Shown here piece after piece: positions 43,028 through 54,239 of a stretch of 64,000 nucleotides of DNA. This stretch comes from Psammoneis japonica (lineage: Eukaryota), in NCBI GenBank assembly GCA_008632985.1, contig QPGO01000045.1:434001-498000 (forward strand), written 5' to 3'. How positions within the stretch are numbered: position 1 is the stretch's first letter; each line of letters starts with the position of its first letter. The translations under genes and the position numbers were made by a program. The notes under the pieces are model-generated. The model was not told the DNA's origin. It saw only the letters and a program-made list of their open reading frames with translations, and did no database searches.

Positions 43028-46000
43028 ATGTCCCCTAATAAATTGGACGAAGACAAAACAAGCGCACCTGTCTTCCTGGAAAGCCCTTAAGCAGCTCCAA
43101 GGTGCGATCTACCAGTATGAGTATGCAGACCCTTATGGTGAAGGTTGAGTTCCACGATGACAACGATGGCTCAGTTATCGCTGTGGAAGTTCCAACTGGA
43201 ACAAAAGTGACAGAAGTAGCCACGAAGGCTGGAGTGAGTATCCCCACCCTCTGTCATCACCCTCGTTTGTCTCCGGTAGGAAAGTGTGGCCTCTGCGTCG
43301 TGTCTGTTGAGAACGGACCGACTCCGACGCAATTGGCATGTTCGACTGTATGCCGAGCTAACGAGGATGGGAGCCCAATCAAAGTGCATGTTCACGGCAC
43401 GTTTCTGAATGGGCTCGCTAACGCGGCATTGCAGAGGAACTTGCAAGCCTCCCTCTCCCATCAAACGAAGAAGTTTCAAGACAATCATGACTTTGCGGCT
43501 TGCGGCTCTTTGGAGATTGAAGATCTTGCCAACTTTGTCACCAACGAAAATATTGATACGTCGTCGAGATGTATCATCTACGACCCATCCCCTTTGTGTT
43601 GGCTGTTCACGATGCGTTCGGGCTTGTGATCAGCTTCAAGGTATGAAGATTCTCGAGGCACCTTTACACAAAAGCAACCCTCCTCTCGTCGGTATCGCCA
43701 AAGCCCCTCCGTGTATGACGACACGTGCCGGTCGTCCCCTGTCAGAGACAGAGTGCATTTCTTGTGGACAGTGCACCGTATTCTGTCCGACGGGTGCAAT
43801 TAAAGAAGTGGACCATACACTGCGAGTGATGCGAGCCCTGCTGGACCCCGAGATGGTTGTTGTCCTGCAGACAGCTCCCAGTGTTCGCGTCACTATTTCC
43901 GAGATGTTTGGTGGCAAGCCCGGAGATTGTTCTGAAGGCAGACTTGTTGGGGCCGCTAAAGCAGCCGACTTTCGCTTCGTATTCGATACCAACCTAACCG
44001 CCGATATAACCATCATGGAAGAAGCGAACGAGCTTTTGCAGCGCATCGATATTGCCGAGAATGGCAACGATGAAGAAAAGAAGTCTAAGCCTCTTCCCAT
44101 GTTCACCTCGTGTTGTCCAGGTTGGATAAACCTGGTGGAGCAGTCTTATCCAGAGCTTATTCCTCACCTTTCCACCTGTCGTTCGCCCATGGGAATGTTA
44201 TCGAGCATCGTTCGTCACCACTGGTGGCCTAGACAGACCAACATTCTCAACCAACACGGCACTTCATCCGTGGAAGCCGAAGACGAAGCAGTCGACCAGT
44301 CGAAGCTCTTTGTGGTTGCCGCCATGCCCTGCACTGCAAAGAAAGACGAGAGGGCACGACCGCAACTCAAGATGTCCAACGGCAAACCAGAGACGGGCGC
44401 TGTCTTGACGATTCAAGAGTTCGCACGCTTGTTTGAGTTACGCCAGGTTGCCCAACTCAACAACTACAAGTCCTTTGCAAGCATCCCTGAGCTTGTGTAC
44501 GATAACCCTTTTTGAGAGTCGACTGGGGGCGGCTATCATCTTTTGAGTCACAGGGGGCGTAGCCGAAGCTGCTTTGCGCACCGCCGCGGACGTCTTGAGT
44601 GGCAAGAACCTGGAGAACGTCCAGGACGAATCTGTCAGAGGCATGTATGGTATCAAAGAGTCGACCATTCAGCTTGGTCCTAATGGCGAGGTTGCGTTGA
44701 ACGTAGCGGTCGCCCACCAAATGCGAAATGTTCGCGACTTTCTGGCCCAACTTGAAGAAGGAAACAAGAACTATCATTTCATAGAAGTTATGGCGTGCCC
44801 CGGAGGCTGTATCGGCGGCGGAGGGTTGCCTCAGAGCAGAGATGAAGATATTCTTCCCAAACGCATTGATGGCATCTATTCCTTGGACGAAAGAACGGTG
44901 GTACGAAAGTCACACGAGAATCAAGCCGTCAAGCGACTATACGAGGACTTTTTGAAGAAGCCTCTCTCCCCACTTTCCCACAAGTTGTTGCACACCCACT
45001 ACTTCCCACGACCAAGGAAGCCACCTATTGCGCTCAAGGCTCCAGCTCTTGTTGCGAAAGTTGAAACCGAGGGCAATAGTAATACTGTCTATGTGGTGTA
45101 TGGAACGCAGAGCGGAACGGCTGCTCAAGCAGCCAAGGAGATCAAGCTTGAGTTGCAGGGATTTATCGGACAAGCCAAGTTATCGCCTGAGCCACAAGTT
45201 TGCCTCGCGTAGCTGGCAACGCTATGCATCCTGACAAGCTCATGAAGAGTGTTTCTGATTCGCTCGGAACAATATTTGTCACCTGTACGTTTGGCGAAGG
45301 TGAGTTCCCGGAGACTATGGAGCAGCTCTGGGACTATTTGGAAGAATGTAAAGACGACAAGTACGAGGAGTTTCGCTTTGGCGTGTTTGGACTCGGCTCG
45401 TCAATGTACGCTGTTGGCGACCAGTTTAATCGAGCCGCGAAACGGCTGGACAAAGACTGGAAGAAGTGGGAGGAAGTAGAATGATCGAGGTGGGATTGGG
45501 CGATGACCAGCATTCTGAGTTATATAGGAGTGAGCTAGAGAAGTGGCTCGAGAAACTGTTTCCGAAGCTCTTCGGAAAAGAAGGTGGTGGGGCATCATTG
45601 CTTGATCCACCCGAACCGTTGTTCAAGCTTGCTCTTGCACCAGGAACGCATGATAGTCAGTTTCGTCCTTTCCCTCCAAGTTATCACTATGTTAAATTGG
45701 AATCCGCCGAAAGTCAAGTGGCTGTTGGGTATGATCGTCCAGCGTCTATCTTTACATTCGATCTTTTTTAACGGGTTGTGGAGAGAATTTTTTCCCTTTA
45801 TTCAGGCAGCATCAACGGATCAAGTCTGCTGACCGTCGAACCCGTCGATTGTCACAGTGATTGTCCTTTCCCTCCGGTGTTGACTGCTAAAGAGCTACTG
45901 ACTCAGTATCTCGACCTTTGTGGGAGGCCATCCCGTTCATTCTGTAAGCAGCTCTTCCTCTTTGCCACTTCGCCCGAAGCTCGCAACATTCTCAGAGCTC

Positions 46001-46921
46001 TTTTTGAGCGCACTGAGACAAAGTCGCAAGAGGAGCCAGCTCCGTACACCGCACGGCTACGATCACAAACCTGCGATCGTGAGAAAGTTAATCAGGAGGA
46101 GTTTGAGCGCTACACTGCGACTCTTCCGTATGCGGACGTCTTGTGTGATTTTGGTTACAAGGCGTTGCCTCCCTTCGAGTACCTGCTTTCGATGGTGCCG
46201 AAGATTTGTCCCCGATTGTACTCGATTGCCTCTTCTCCACTTTATCAAAAGAATAAACTTGATCTGTTGGTTGTCTTGAACGAGTGGACGGATCCAAACA
46301 TGAAGACGAGAGTTGGTTTGGCCACGCAGTTTTTGTTTGGTGCGGACATCGGAGATAAGGTCGCTATTCAGGTACGCACAGGCATTCTTCAGCCTCCGGC
46401 GGACACAACTACCCCCATCGTTTGCTTTGGTTTGGGATCGGGAATTGCACCCTTCTGCGGCTTCTTGCAGCATCGGCAACGACAGCACGAGCAATAGGCG
46501 CGTAGCTTGGACCTGCGACTCTATACGTTTGGTATCGTCACGAGACAATGGAATACTATACTTGAAAGACGATTTCGAAGAATGGATGAAATTATTAGTG
46601 TTGACCTGTGTGCATCCCGCCTTCTCTCATGATGATCGAGAGAAGCGAGGCGGAAAGCTCTATTTCATTTCAGATCTTATTGGCGATAAACCAAAGGACA
46701 TGGCCAAGGCATTGCTTCTGGAGGAGGAAAAAGAAGAGGAAGACAACCAAGTTCATGTGTATTATTGTGGACTAGCGCTTGGTATCCCTGAGACCATCCA
46801 GCATGCGATGGAGGATGCAGTCAAGCACGAGGAAGGTGGTGGAATGGACGAAGAAGAGGCAGAAGCCTTGATGGAGCGTTTGGTCTACTTAGAGGATAGA
46901 TTCCATGCAGAATGCTTTTAG
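43028..46921 (+). CDS. hydA: [FeFe]-hydrogenase fused to flavodoxin and FAD/NAD(P)-binding (CysJ/CPR-like) domains, with indels and stops
   Basis: 2Fe-2S motif (CHHP...CGLC...AC); two 4Fe-4S motifs (CVGCSRCVRAC, CISCGQCTVFCP); H-cluster motifs TSCCPGW, MPCTAKKDE, EVMACPGGCIGGGG; small-subunit RKSHEN...LLHTHY. Then YGTQSGTA in the same ORF, TCTFGEG, FGLGSS, RLYSIASS, GSGIAPF, VYYCG and ECF*. Confidence 0.92.
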
Positions 46922-47419
46922 TTTCGCCTGACCGCTTTGCATGATGGCTCGGATCGGAGTTGCGACGCCATTGCATGCTACACTTCTGCATATTATTTAG
47001 TAATAAGTTAGCAAATAGTTATCAGGATACTTCGCTTGGTCGGCTTGTTCTACTAGCTACTATACAAGGCGAATGCATTTACCGGCATTGTTGATCGGAG
47101 TTACACCACAAGCACCATGAGCGCTGCACACCTTTGCTGTGGTTGGAAAGGAAGGAAAGATTCATGTGGCATTTTGCCACCACATGCAAGCGAAGCGCAG
47201 GCCTTTGGAAGCTAACGCTGTCGAGGCGCCGCGCAAAGCCACACCTTGGCAGAGTTAGAACCGGATGCTTGAATCAGAAGGACAACATAACAGAAGTCAA
47301 AGTGAGATGGATCCGCATTATGAAGAGTGGCATTTTCTTAGGACGCATCGCATCAGTCAAACAAACTCGTCTGTTCAATCCAAATCCACGTTGCGCTGTT
47401 GCGTGAAAGGAAACTACCT

Positions 47420-48915
47420 CAGCTGTCATGCGCCTGGTGTCTAACACCTCGGAGCACTGAAATGCTGCCACCTCGATTGCTGTTCTTGCAATGAGTGCCT
47501 TGGCATGACAGGCGGTGAGTCCAACAACAATGCCACGCGCACTCTCCTCCCAAGTGAGCCAGCAAAGGCGGGGGGACAAACCGCACCCCGCCAGCGTCAT
47601 CAACGGCAGACGCCAAATCTGCAATGTCTTTGGCGCCCTCACCGAACTGCAAGTTGTCGCGGAGCCATTGGACAAGCAATCCTGCCATGGCAACAGCACC
47701 TTCAAGAGCGTAAACTGATGGCTCTCCCTTGACTTGGTGAAAAGGAGTCGCCATGAGTCCACATTTTGAAATTTGAGGTTTCTCCTGCGCACCCACATTC
47801 ATTGTGAGAAAGGCTCCAGTTCCAAATGCAGCCTTGGCTTCTCCCACTTGCAAGCAAGCTTGACCAAACATTGCAGTGTGTTGGTCACCAAAGAATTGCT
47901 CCAATGGTTGCAACTCTGGACACGACACCAATGGAGTGTCATCAAGTTGCAAAGCAGAGTCCTCGCCACATTTGTCACAACTGCCACGTGCTTTTCTCCA
48001 CCCGCAAGCTTGTGCAAGAGCCAAGAATCAATTGTCCCAAAGCATCCGTCACGTGCCTTGCCCTCCAAGCCGTGCACATTGTCAAACATCCACCGCAATT
48101 TGGTCGCCGAAAAGTGGGCACAATTTGGAAGCCCCGTTTTAGAAAGCAAGGCATCTTTTCCTCCTGGGCTCTTGCATTGGTCAGCAACAAGTCCCGTGGT
48201 TCGTCCACAATTCCAAACAAAAGCAGACACAGTGGCTCTCCTGAATCCTTGTCCCACACGATGGTCATTTCCCTCTGAATGGTGGCTCCAATTGACACGG
48301 CTGAATTGCTCGTGATGTTTGTTTTAGCGAGTGCATCCGAAATGCACCCCATGCAGAATTGTCCCAGGTCTCGGAGGCATCATGTTTGACCCATCCGGAC
48401 TGAGGACAATGCTGTTTGTGCTCGCTCTGAGAAGAGGAGACGGGCTTGCCAAACCTGTCATGCAGAACAAAGTAAGTCGATGAGGCATCCTGATGTGTTC
48501 CAGGTCCAGGTTGGACCTCGTGCCACTGAACTGTGACATCGACAGTTTTTTGAGTCACGTCACATGTCGCGCACGTAGATTTCCATGTGATTTTTGCGAC
48601 ATTTTGCATCGTTTCACGGTGCACTTGTTGAGCGATCCATCCAACAACTTTTGACATTTTTTTTTGCAGCGCAATTCTACAATGTCTTAAGAATCGCGTG
48701 GGGCAGGCGCGTTTGCAAAAACGTCGAGTGGCACAAGGCACAATTGCACCACAAACTTGGCAGTTTGTTTGATGTTAAAGACAAACACATCCATTGATTA
48801 AATTCTCACACTGCGGAGCTCGCACGTGGAATTCCACGGGCCCAATGTCACACAGAGTCCCACCTGGGGCTGGAACGCATCTCCTGATCAAGGGATCTGA
48901 CACATTGCTCTGTTG
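47420..48915 (-). pseudogene. glpK: Glycerol kinase pseudogene, interrupted by a MITE
   Basis: SLDQ|ASST, EHKQHCPQSGWV, QREMTIVWDK, HFSATKLRW, FGTIDSWLL, GDQH, FGTGAF, YALEG, VQWLRDNL. Confidence 0.9.
48492..48881 (-). mobile_element. ~390-bp MITE, eroded, TSD TCCT
   Basis: Colinear with the reverse complement of 13516-13907, with tcct on both sides. Confidence 0.92.
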
Positions 48916-49502
48916 AGCCAGCAGAAAAAGATGTCTGCCATTTCAAGCCAAATGCACCAACAACCCCAAATGCATGACATGAATCATGGGTGTCGACACA
49001 AAGAGCACCTGGAGGTGCAACATGATCAAAGAAAAATCCAAGAGGACTCCGAACACTTGCTCTCCACTTCTTTTGTTTTCCATGCCATGCATGCCGTGAG
49101 GACAGTGGGGATGGCAACAAGAATCAAGAGGGGAGTTGTCATTCCTGGCATTTTCTCGTGGGCCACTTTTTGTCGCGTTTCTTCCACCATGGTGTTGCTC
49201 TTAAATGTCTTGTTGTCTCTGTCCTTGCTTGTGCTTGGAGAGCCTCCGCTCTTCCAAATTGTTGGGCGCACATGTTGCTGCTTTGTCATCATGGCTTGCA
49301 GCGGGACTCAAAACACGCCAGCCGGCCAGATGCAATCACACCCAATGTCCATCTAATCTTGTCTAGACATTGTGATTTGCAACCCTTCAACAACCACCAG
49401 GGGTGTGACGTGTCATGCAATTTTATGATGACATGATGAACACAGTAAAAAATGTCACATTGTGTGCAATCTACGCAAAGCACACCACATGCATTTGCTT
49501 GT

Positions 49503-49538
49503 TGGGAGCAAATCTCCGCCGGTGGAGATTTGCTCCCA
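49503..49538. repeat. 36-bp near-perfect palindrome with an extra arm copy at ~49793-49807
   Basis: tgggagcaaatctccgccggtggagatttgctccca; gagcaaatctccacc recurs downstream. Confidence 0.8.
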
Positions 49539-50599
49539 GGGTGTGGTGTTGTGGCTCTGTTTGTGGTGGCAATTCATGACAACCTTCATTGTCAAAGGTT
49601 GAGATTTAGTTCCTCTCCATTCGTGGATGCAGCTTGCAAAAAACCTGGTGTTAAAAGTCGACATTGAACTTTCTAAATTGCAAAAGGGGTTCCTCCAGAT
49701 TTTCAGTGAGTGCGTGCTCCAGAACAAAATCGCGTGAATGAAATGTTGTGTGCATCTGAAATCACTTCATTTGCTGCATTTGTGACGCAAGCGAGCAAAT
49801 CTCCACCCATGGTTGAAGGGTCAACAACACATCATAGATCAACAAGAGCTGTGTTTTGGGCCACATTCACGCAATCAGCGCCATCAAAGTCAAGTTGTGT
49901 GGCACGCCCCGCACCCCCGAACATCGCAGCAGCAGTTGTCTTTTCCATGGAAATCTCTGAGCAGGGAACAGCTCGGCAAAGATTGGCGCAACACCATTTT
50001 TTCAAACTCACCTGCAGATGGCAAGCACCCCAACTTTTCCAAACAACAGCGTGCCATTTGTCTCTTTTGTGGTGCTCCATGACTTCTTCTGGAGGACGAG
50101 TGTGCTCAGGAGATGCCGCCATTGCACCATGGCATGACAACAACACACGATGTTCAAGCAAAGTCTTCCATTGGGGAGGATCATCAAATGCATCATGAAT
50201 CACCAAGGCACACACAATGCGCACATCCGCAAATGGTCCAATGTGCCACTCAAATCTTGTCTGGCACACCACGGCTCCAAATGGCTGTTGCTGTTGTTTG
50301 GGTTTTGACCCTCTTTGACACTTGTGCCATTTGTCGTAGCATCGAGCAGCCATGTGCAGCCGCTGCCACTGCTGCTGCCTTTGAGGTCTGCGCGTTGAGG
50401 CATCATTGAGGCAAAAAGATGTGTCCTTCCACCAGAAGACCTCAAAGTCAGTTCTGCATTGCTCACACAATTCTTGTGCTTCTTCTTTGGACAAGCCAAC
50501 CGCAGTGACAAAGACAGTCATGGCAATCAATGACTGTCACCTGGAGTTTTGGGTGCAAGGAGTGGCGGGTTCAAGCTTCGTGTTGTTCCAAACAAGTTC

Positions 50600-51360
50600 A
50601 ATGCCAAGGAACATTTCCAATCCTCAGATGTTGACAATGACACAAAATGTGGTGGCCCTCAAGCACAGCTGGGCCTGCAGCTGAACAAACTGGATTTCCA
50701 CCAAATCCATTGAAGTGCCACACCCATGGATTCAAAAGCATTGGATGTTTGTGTGTTGTGACAACAGCAGCCAGGGGCACGCCATTTTTGAAAAGCTTGC
50801 CCACAACTGCAAAGTCGCCAGGCACTGCAGGCCTGTTCCAGCTCCAGGTGATCCGTGCGGGTTTGACTCCCATCATTTGGCAATTTGTGCATTCAGCACA
50901 TCAAACTTTTTCAAAATCCATTTTTTGCCAAATCAAGGGGCAAGTGCACACTTCACATGTGTTTTCAGGCATGCACTTGCCTTTTGATTTTCAAAATGAT
51001 CAAAATTGAAGGAGTTCAATGTGCCAAACTGCACAGAAAATCGGCCTCTCGTGTGATGAAAAGCGGGTCACCTGGAGCTGGAACAGGCCTGCAGAAGACC
51101 CTGTGCTCTCATCAAAGAAATGCTGAAATGCTCAATCTGTTGCCCTGCGTCTGAAATGGAATGATTCAGAAGGACCACTTGCCGATGAGTGAGCTTCAAT
51201 CAGAACATTGTCTTTGTGTTGCACTCTGTTCGTGCGCCACTTGCAAATGTCGACATCACCGCAAAGAAGCAATCTTTCTGAGCCAATGTTGCTGACCTAA
51301 AGTGCACTTGAGAAGTTTACGAACTGGAGGTTGTGATTCCATGTGTTGCGTTGATCCTCC
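50600..51360 (-). pseudogene. Class-III aminotransferase (AGXT2/ETNPPL-like) pseudogene
   Basis: PGDFAVVGKLFKNGVPLAAVVTT and WHFNGFGGNPVCSAAG match GK..GNG.PL and YFNTFGGNP. Confidence 0.75.
50830..51089. mobile_element. 260-bp MITE of a related TIR family, TSD TGCA
   Basis: ggcctgttccagctccaggtga...tcacctggagctggaacaggcc flanked by tgca. Removing it restores the aminotransferase frame. Confidence 0.85.
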
Positions 51361-51422
51361 CAGCCTCATGCGTTGCATGGCGAGTCAGTTCCTTGGACCC
51401 CGAAATTCACGTCTCTGCAGCA

Positions 51423-51770
51423 GACGCGTTCCAGGTCCAGGTGGGACCTCGCACTGCTGAACTGTGACATCGACAGTTTTTTGAATTGCGTTGCATGTCG
51501 CGCACATAGATTTCTACATGATTTTTTGATGTTTTGTGTCATTTTGCAGCACACTTAATTGAGCGATCCATCCAACAACTTTTGACATTTTTTGTTGCAC
51601 AGCGCGATTCTGTGATGTCTCAAGAATCGTGCAGGGCAGACAAACTTGGCCGTTCATTTGATGTTGAAGACAAACACATCCATGGATTAAATTCTTGTGC
51701 TGCGGAGCTCGCACACAGAATTCTGTGGGCCCAATGTCACACGGAGTCCCACCTGGGGCTGGAGTGCATC
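51423..51770 (-). mobile_element. MITE, eroded and internally deleted, TSD AGCA
   Basis: Same family as 13516-13907, with agca at 51419-22 and 51771-74. Confidence 0.92.
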
Positions 51771-51774
51771 AGCA

Positions 51775-52726
51775 ATTCCTGTGGGCATTGACGCCAGGAA
51801 TCTTCATGGGAGTCTGCACTCTGCCTTGTGGAAGAATGCCATTGAATGTTGTGTTGAGTTTATTTTGAAGGCTGTTCCTGAGGGACTGTGCATGTGGTGG
51901 GATTCTTTGCCAACCTGGATGGGAATTTCCCTCTTCCATGCCATGTTGGCTTTGCCCATCTGTCTGTGGCAGGGCAAGTCTGCCTTTGCATCGGCGGGTT
52001 GTCATTTTGTCTGTTGGGCTTGGTCCATCTGACCATCTGCTCTCTTGCTGGCATCAAGTTGCACATTCTGTTGTGTGTCTTTGTCATTTTGCTGGAACCC
52101 ATTCCAGGGCAAACTGAAAGGATCAAGTTGCTGCAGTCCAGCTGGGGGAGTTCAGGACTCCGACACCTTTGTGGGTCTCTTTGTTTTGTTGACTGCCGGA
52201 AGGTGTCTGGTCTGTCTTTGGGCCCCAAACTTCTCTGTGCTTTGACTGGCTGCATCATGATTGGCTTGTGCCGCATGGTGCTTGGGTGTTGTGATGCAAC
52301 AGTTGATCTTGTCGGCAAGAGCCATGAACTTGTCATCTGTGTTGGTGACAACAGGGGGGGAGCACTCTTTGTGCTGGATGCACCCCGTCAAATGGGCTTG
52401 CAGTGCAGCACTTTGAAGTGCTTTCACAAGACACTGTTGCGTCTGTTGTCGCCGTTTTGGTGAACCACGTGATTCCATGGAATGTTGTCACGGGCCACTG
52501 CAACTGCCCATTTCTTGCCACGGAATTGCCCAGCCACATCTTCTACATTGTCATTGTTTGCGGCCTCGTCGGCGCTGTTGTTGGAGTGAATTGCTTCGAC
52601 GCCATCAAGAAACTCAAAGTCATGGTGCATGATTGGTTCCCTGCCATGCATGACAACGAAGTTTTGCAAGAGGAAGACGAGGAGGAGAACAAACAGTTTG
52701 ATGTTGTTGGAGACACTGAGAATTAA
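51775..52726 (+). pseudogene. CLC-family chloride channel/transporter pseudogene fragment
   Basis: SGLSLGPK, GALFVLDAPRQMGLQ, VASVVAVLVN, GHCNCPFL and hydrophobic helices. Confidence 0.6.
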
Positions 52727-54239
52727 AACACTGTTTTCGAAGACTCCTTTTGCAAGATTAAAGAGCTGACAATGAATGCACGCCCTTTGATGCATTCAAG
52801 CTCATTCATTGCTCGAAAGGCCGGTGACAAGAGCTTGAGTCTCTTTTTTCTTTCACCCTGTCTGAAAAGGCAAAGGGGCAGATGAAGTCCTTGTTCCTCA
52901 TCTCTTGCATGCAAGGGAAGCTCAAGTCAAGAATTCAACCTTTGCTGCAGAGGCAGAAAGCAGGGCAATGCTGGCACAAACCTGGCCACGAATTGGTCTG
53001 TCTGCTGGGAGCAAGGGGTTTGACGACTGTTGGTGCCTGGTCCACAATCAGCAGCACTTAATCAGGGTCGAAACTGTCAGCACTTGCCATGACACTCTTG
53101 CACAAGAGGCTTCTCAAAAACTCCAATTGACAAGAAATCGCACACACCAAGACCCACGACACCAAACTGACCACATTCCATTCAAAGACATTTTTGCATT
53201 TGTCGATCTTTCCAGACTTCCTCCCTCCAGCACAGTTCAATCACAGCATCCCATGCACCTTTGAGTGCGTCCTTGTCCTCAGGATCAGGCAACGATCCCT
53301 CCAAAGCGGCCAACACAACACGGTCTCCAGGAGAACGATCTGGACCCATTGCCGTGGCCACAATTCTGAAACCCTCTCTCTGACAGACTTCAGATTTTCC
53401 CTCTGTGATTGTCAGTCCAAACCAATGTTGGAGTTTCCTCTTGTTCATCCTCATTGAAAAAAGCAGGATGTGGAAACTTGAGAAAGCCCTCGAGAATGAA
53501 AAAAGACTTGATTGACATCCCCACAGCATCCGACTCATTGTCCAATTGTTTTTGCATGAATCTCCATCGATTGAAAGTGCTGTCTAAACTCAGTGTTGGA
53601 CCACGTTAGATGCCATGTGGAGTCATCCAAACATTGGGGAAATGTGAAATGCTTTTCCAAAGCTTGTTGATGGGGAACCAATGACCCAAAACCCCGCCGA
53701 CTCATGATGATGAAAATGACCAAAAACCGCCGACCGCAGAGTCAAATGCTCACAAAGCACCACACGTCACACTCAACAAAGTGATGGCATTTTGTTGTTG
53801 GCGCTGTCTGCTTTCAAATCAATTGAGAAACACAAGGAATTGTGCAAAAGGACTGCTTGCTCACACACTGAATGCTGGATCAGCCATTGAATTTCTGTCT
53901 CTAAGATGATGGCCTCAGTCCTGTCTGGAGTGAGGGCTTGTCTCATGCAAGCACCCTGTGCATTGCCTGGACATCTCATTCTGGATGAGCACTTCATTTG
54001 TTGGATGGCTCATCAAGAGCATTGTGTGATTTCAAGGCATGCAAAAGAGCTTTGTGGGCTGTTGTCCGTGGTGTGAAAATGACGCACAGCATGCATGTTC
54101 AGAGTTGGGAGAAGGGGGCAGCAGCTTGCAAACATTTCTCTGTGGCTCATCAGCTGCCACAACAAAGGACAAGCAACTCACCACCCATGATGTGCCCAAG
54201 CCTTTGAAATTGCACCTGGGCATCATGTGAAAAGACACA

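Noticed and set aside
44513..44546. Two TGA codons at conserved Gly positions in hydA, suggesting recoding
   Set aside because: Both are TTT-TGA for TTT-GGA next to T-runs, with a G-run indel between them. TGA ends the GT32 ORF normally. Error or mutation is simpler.
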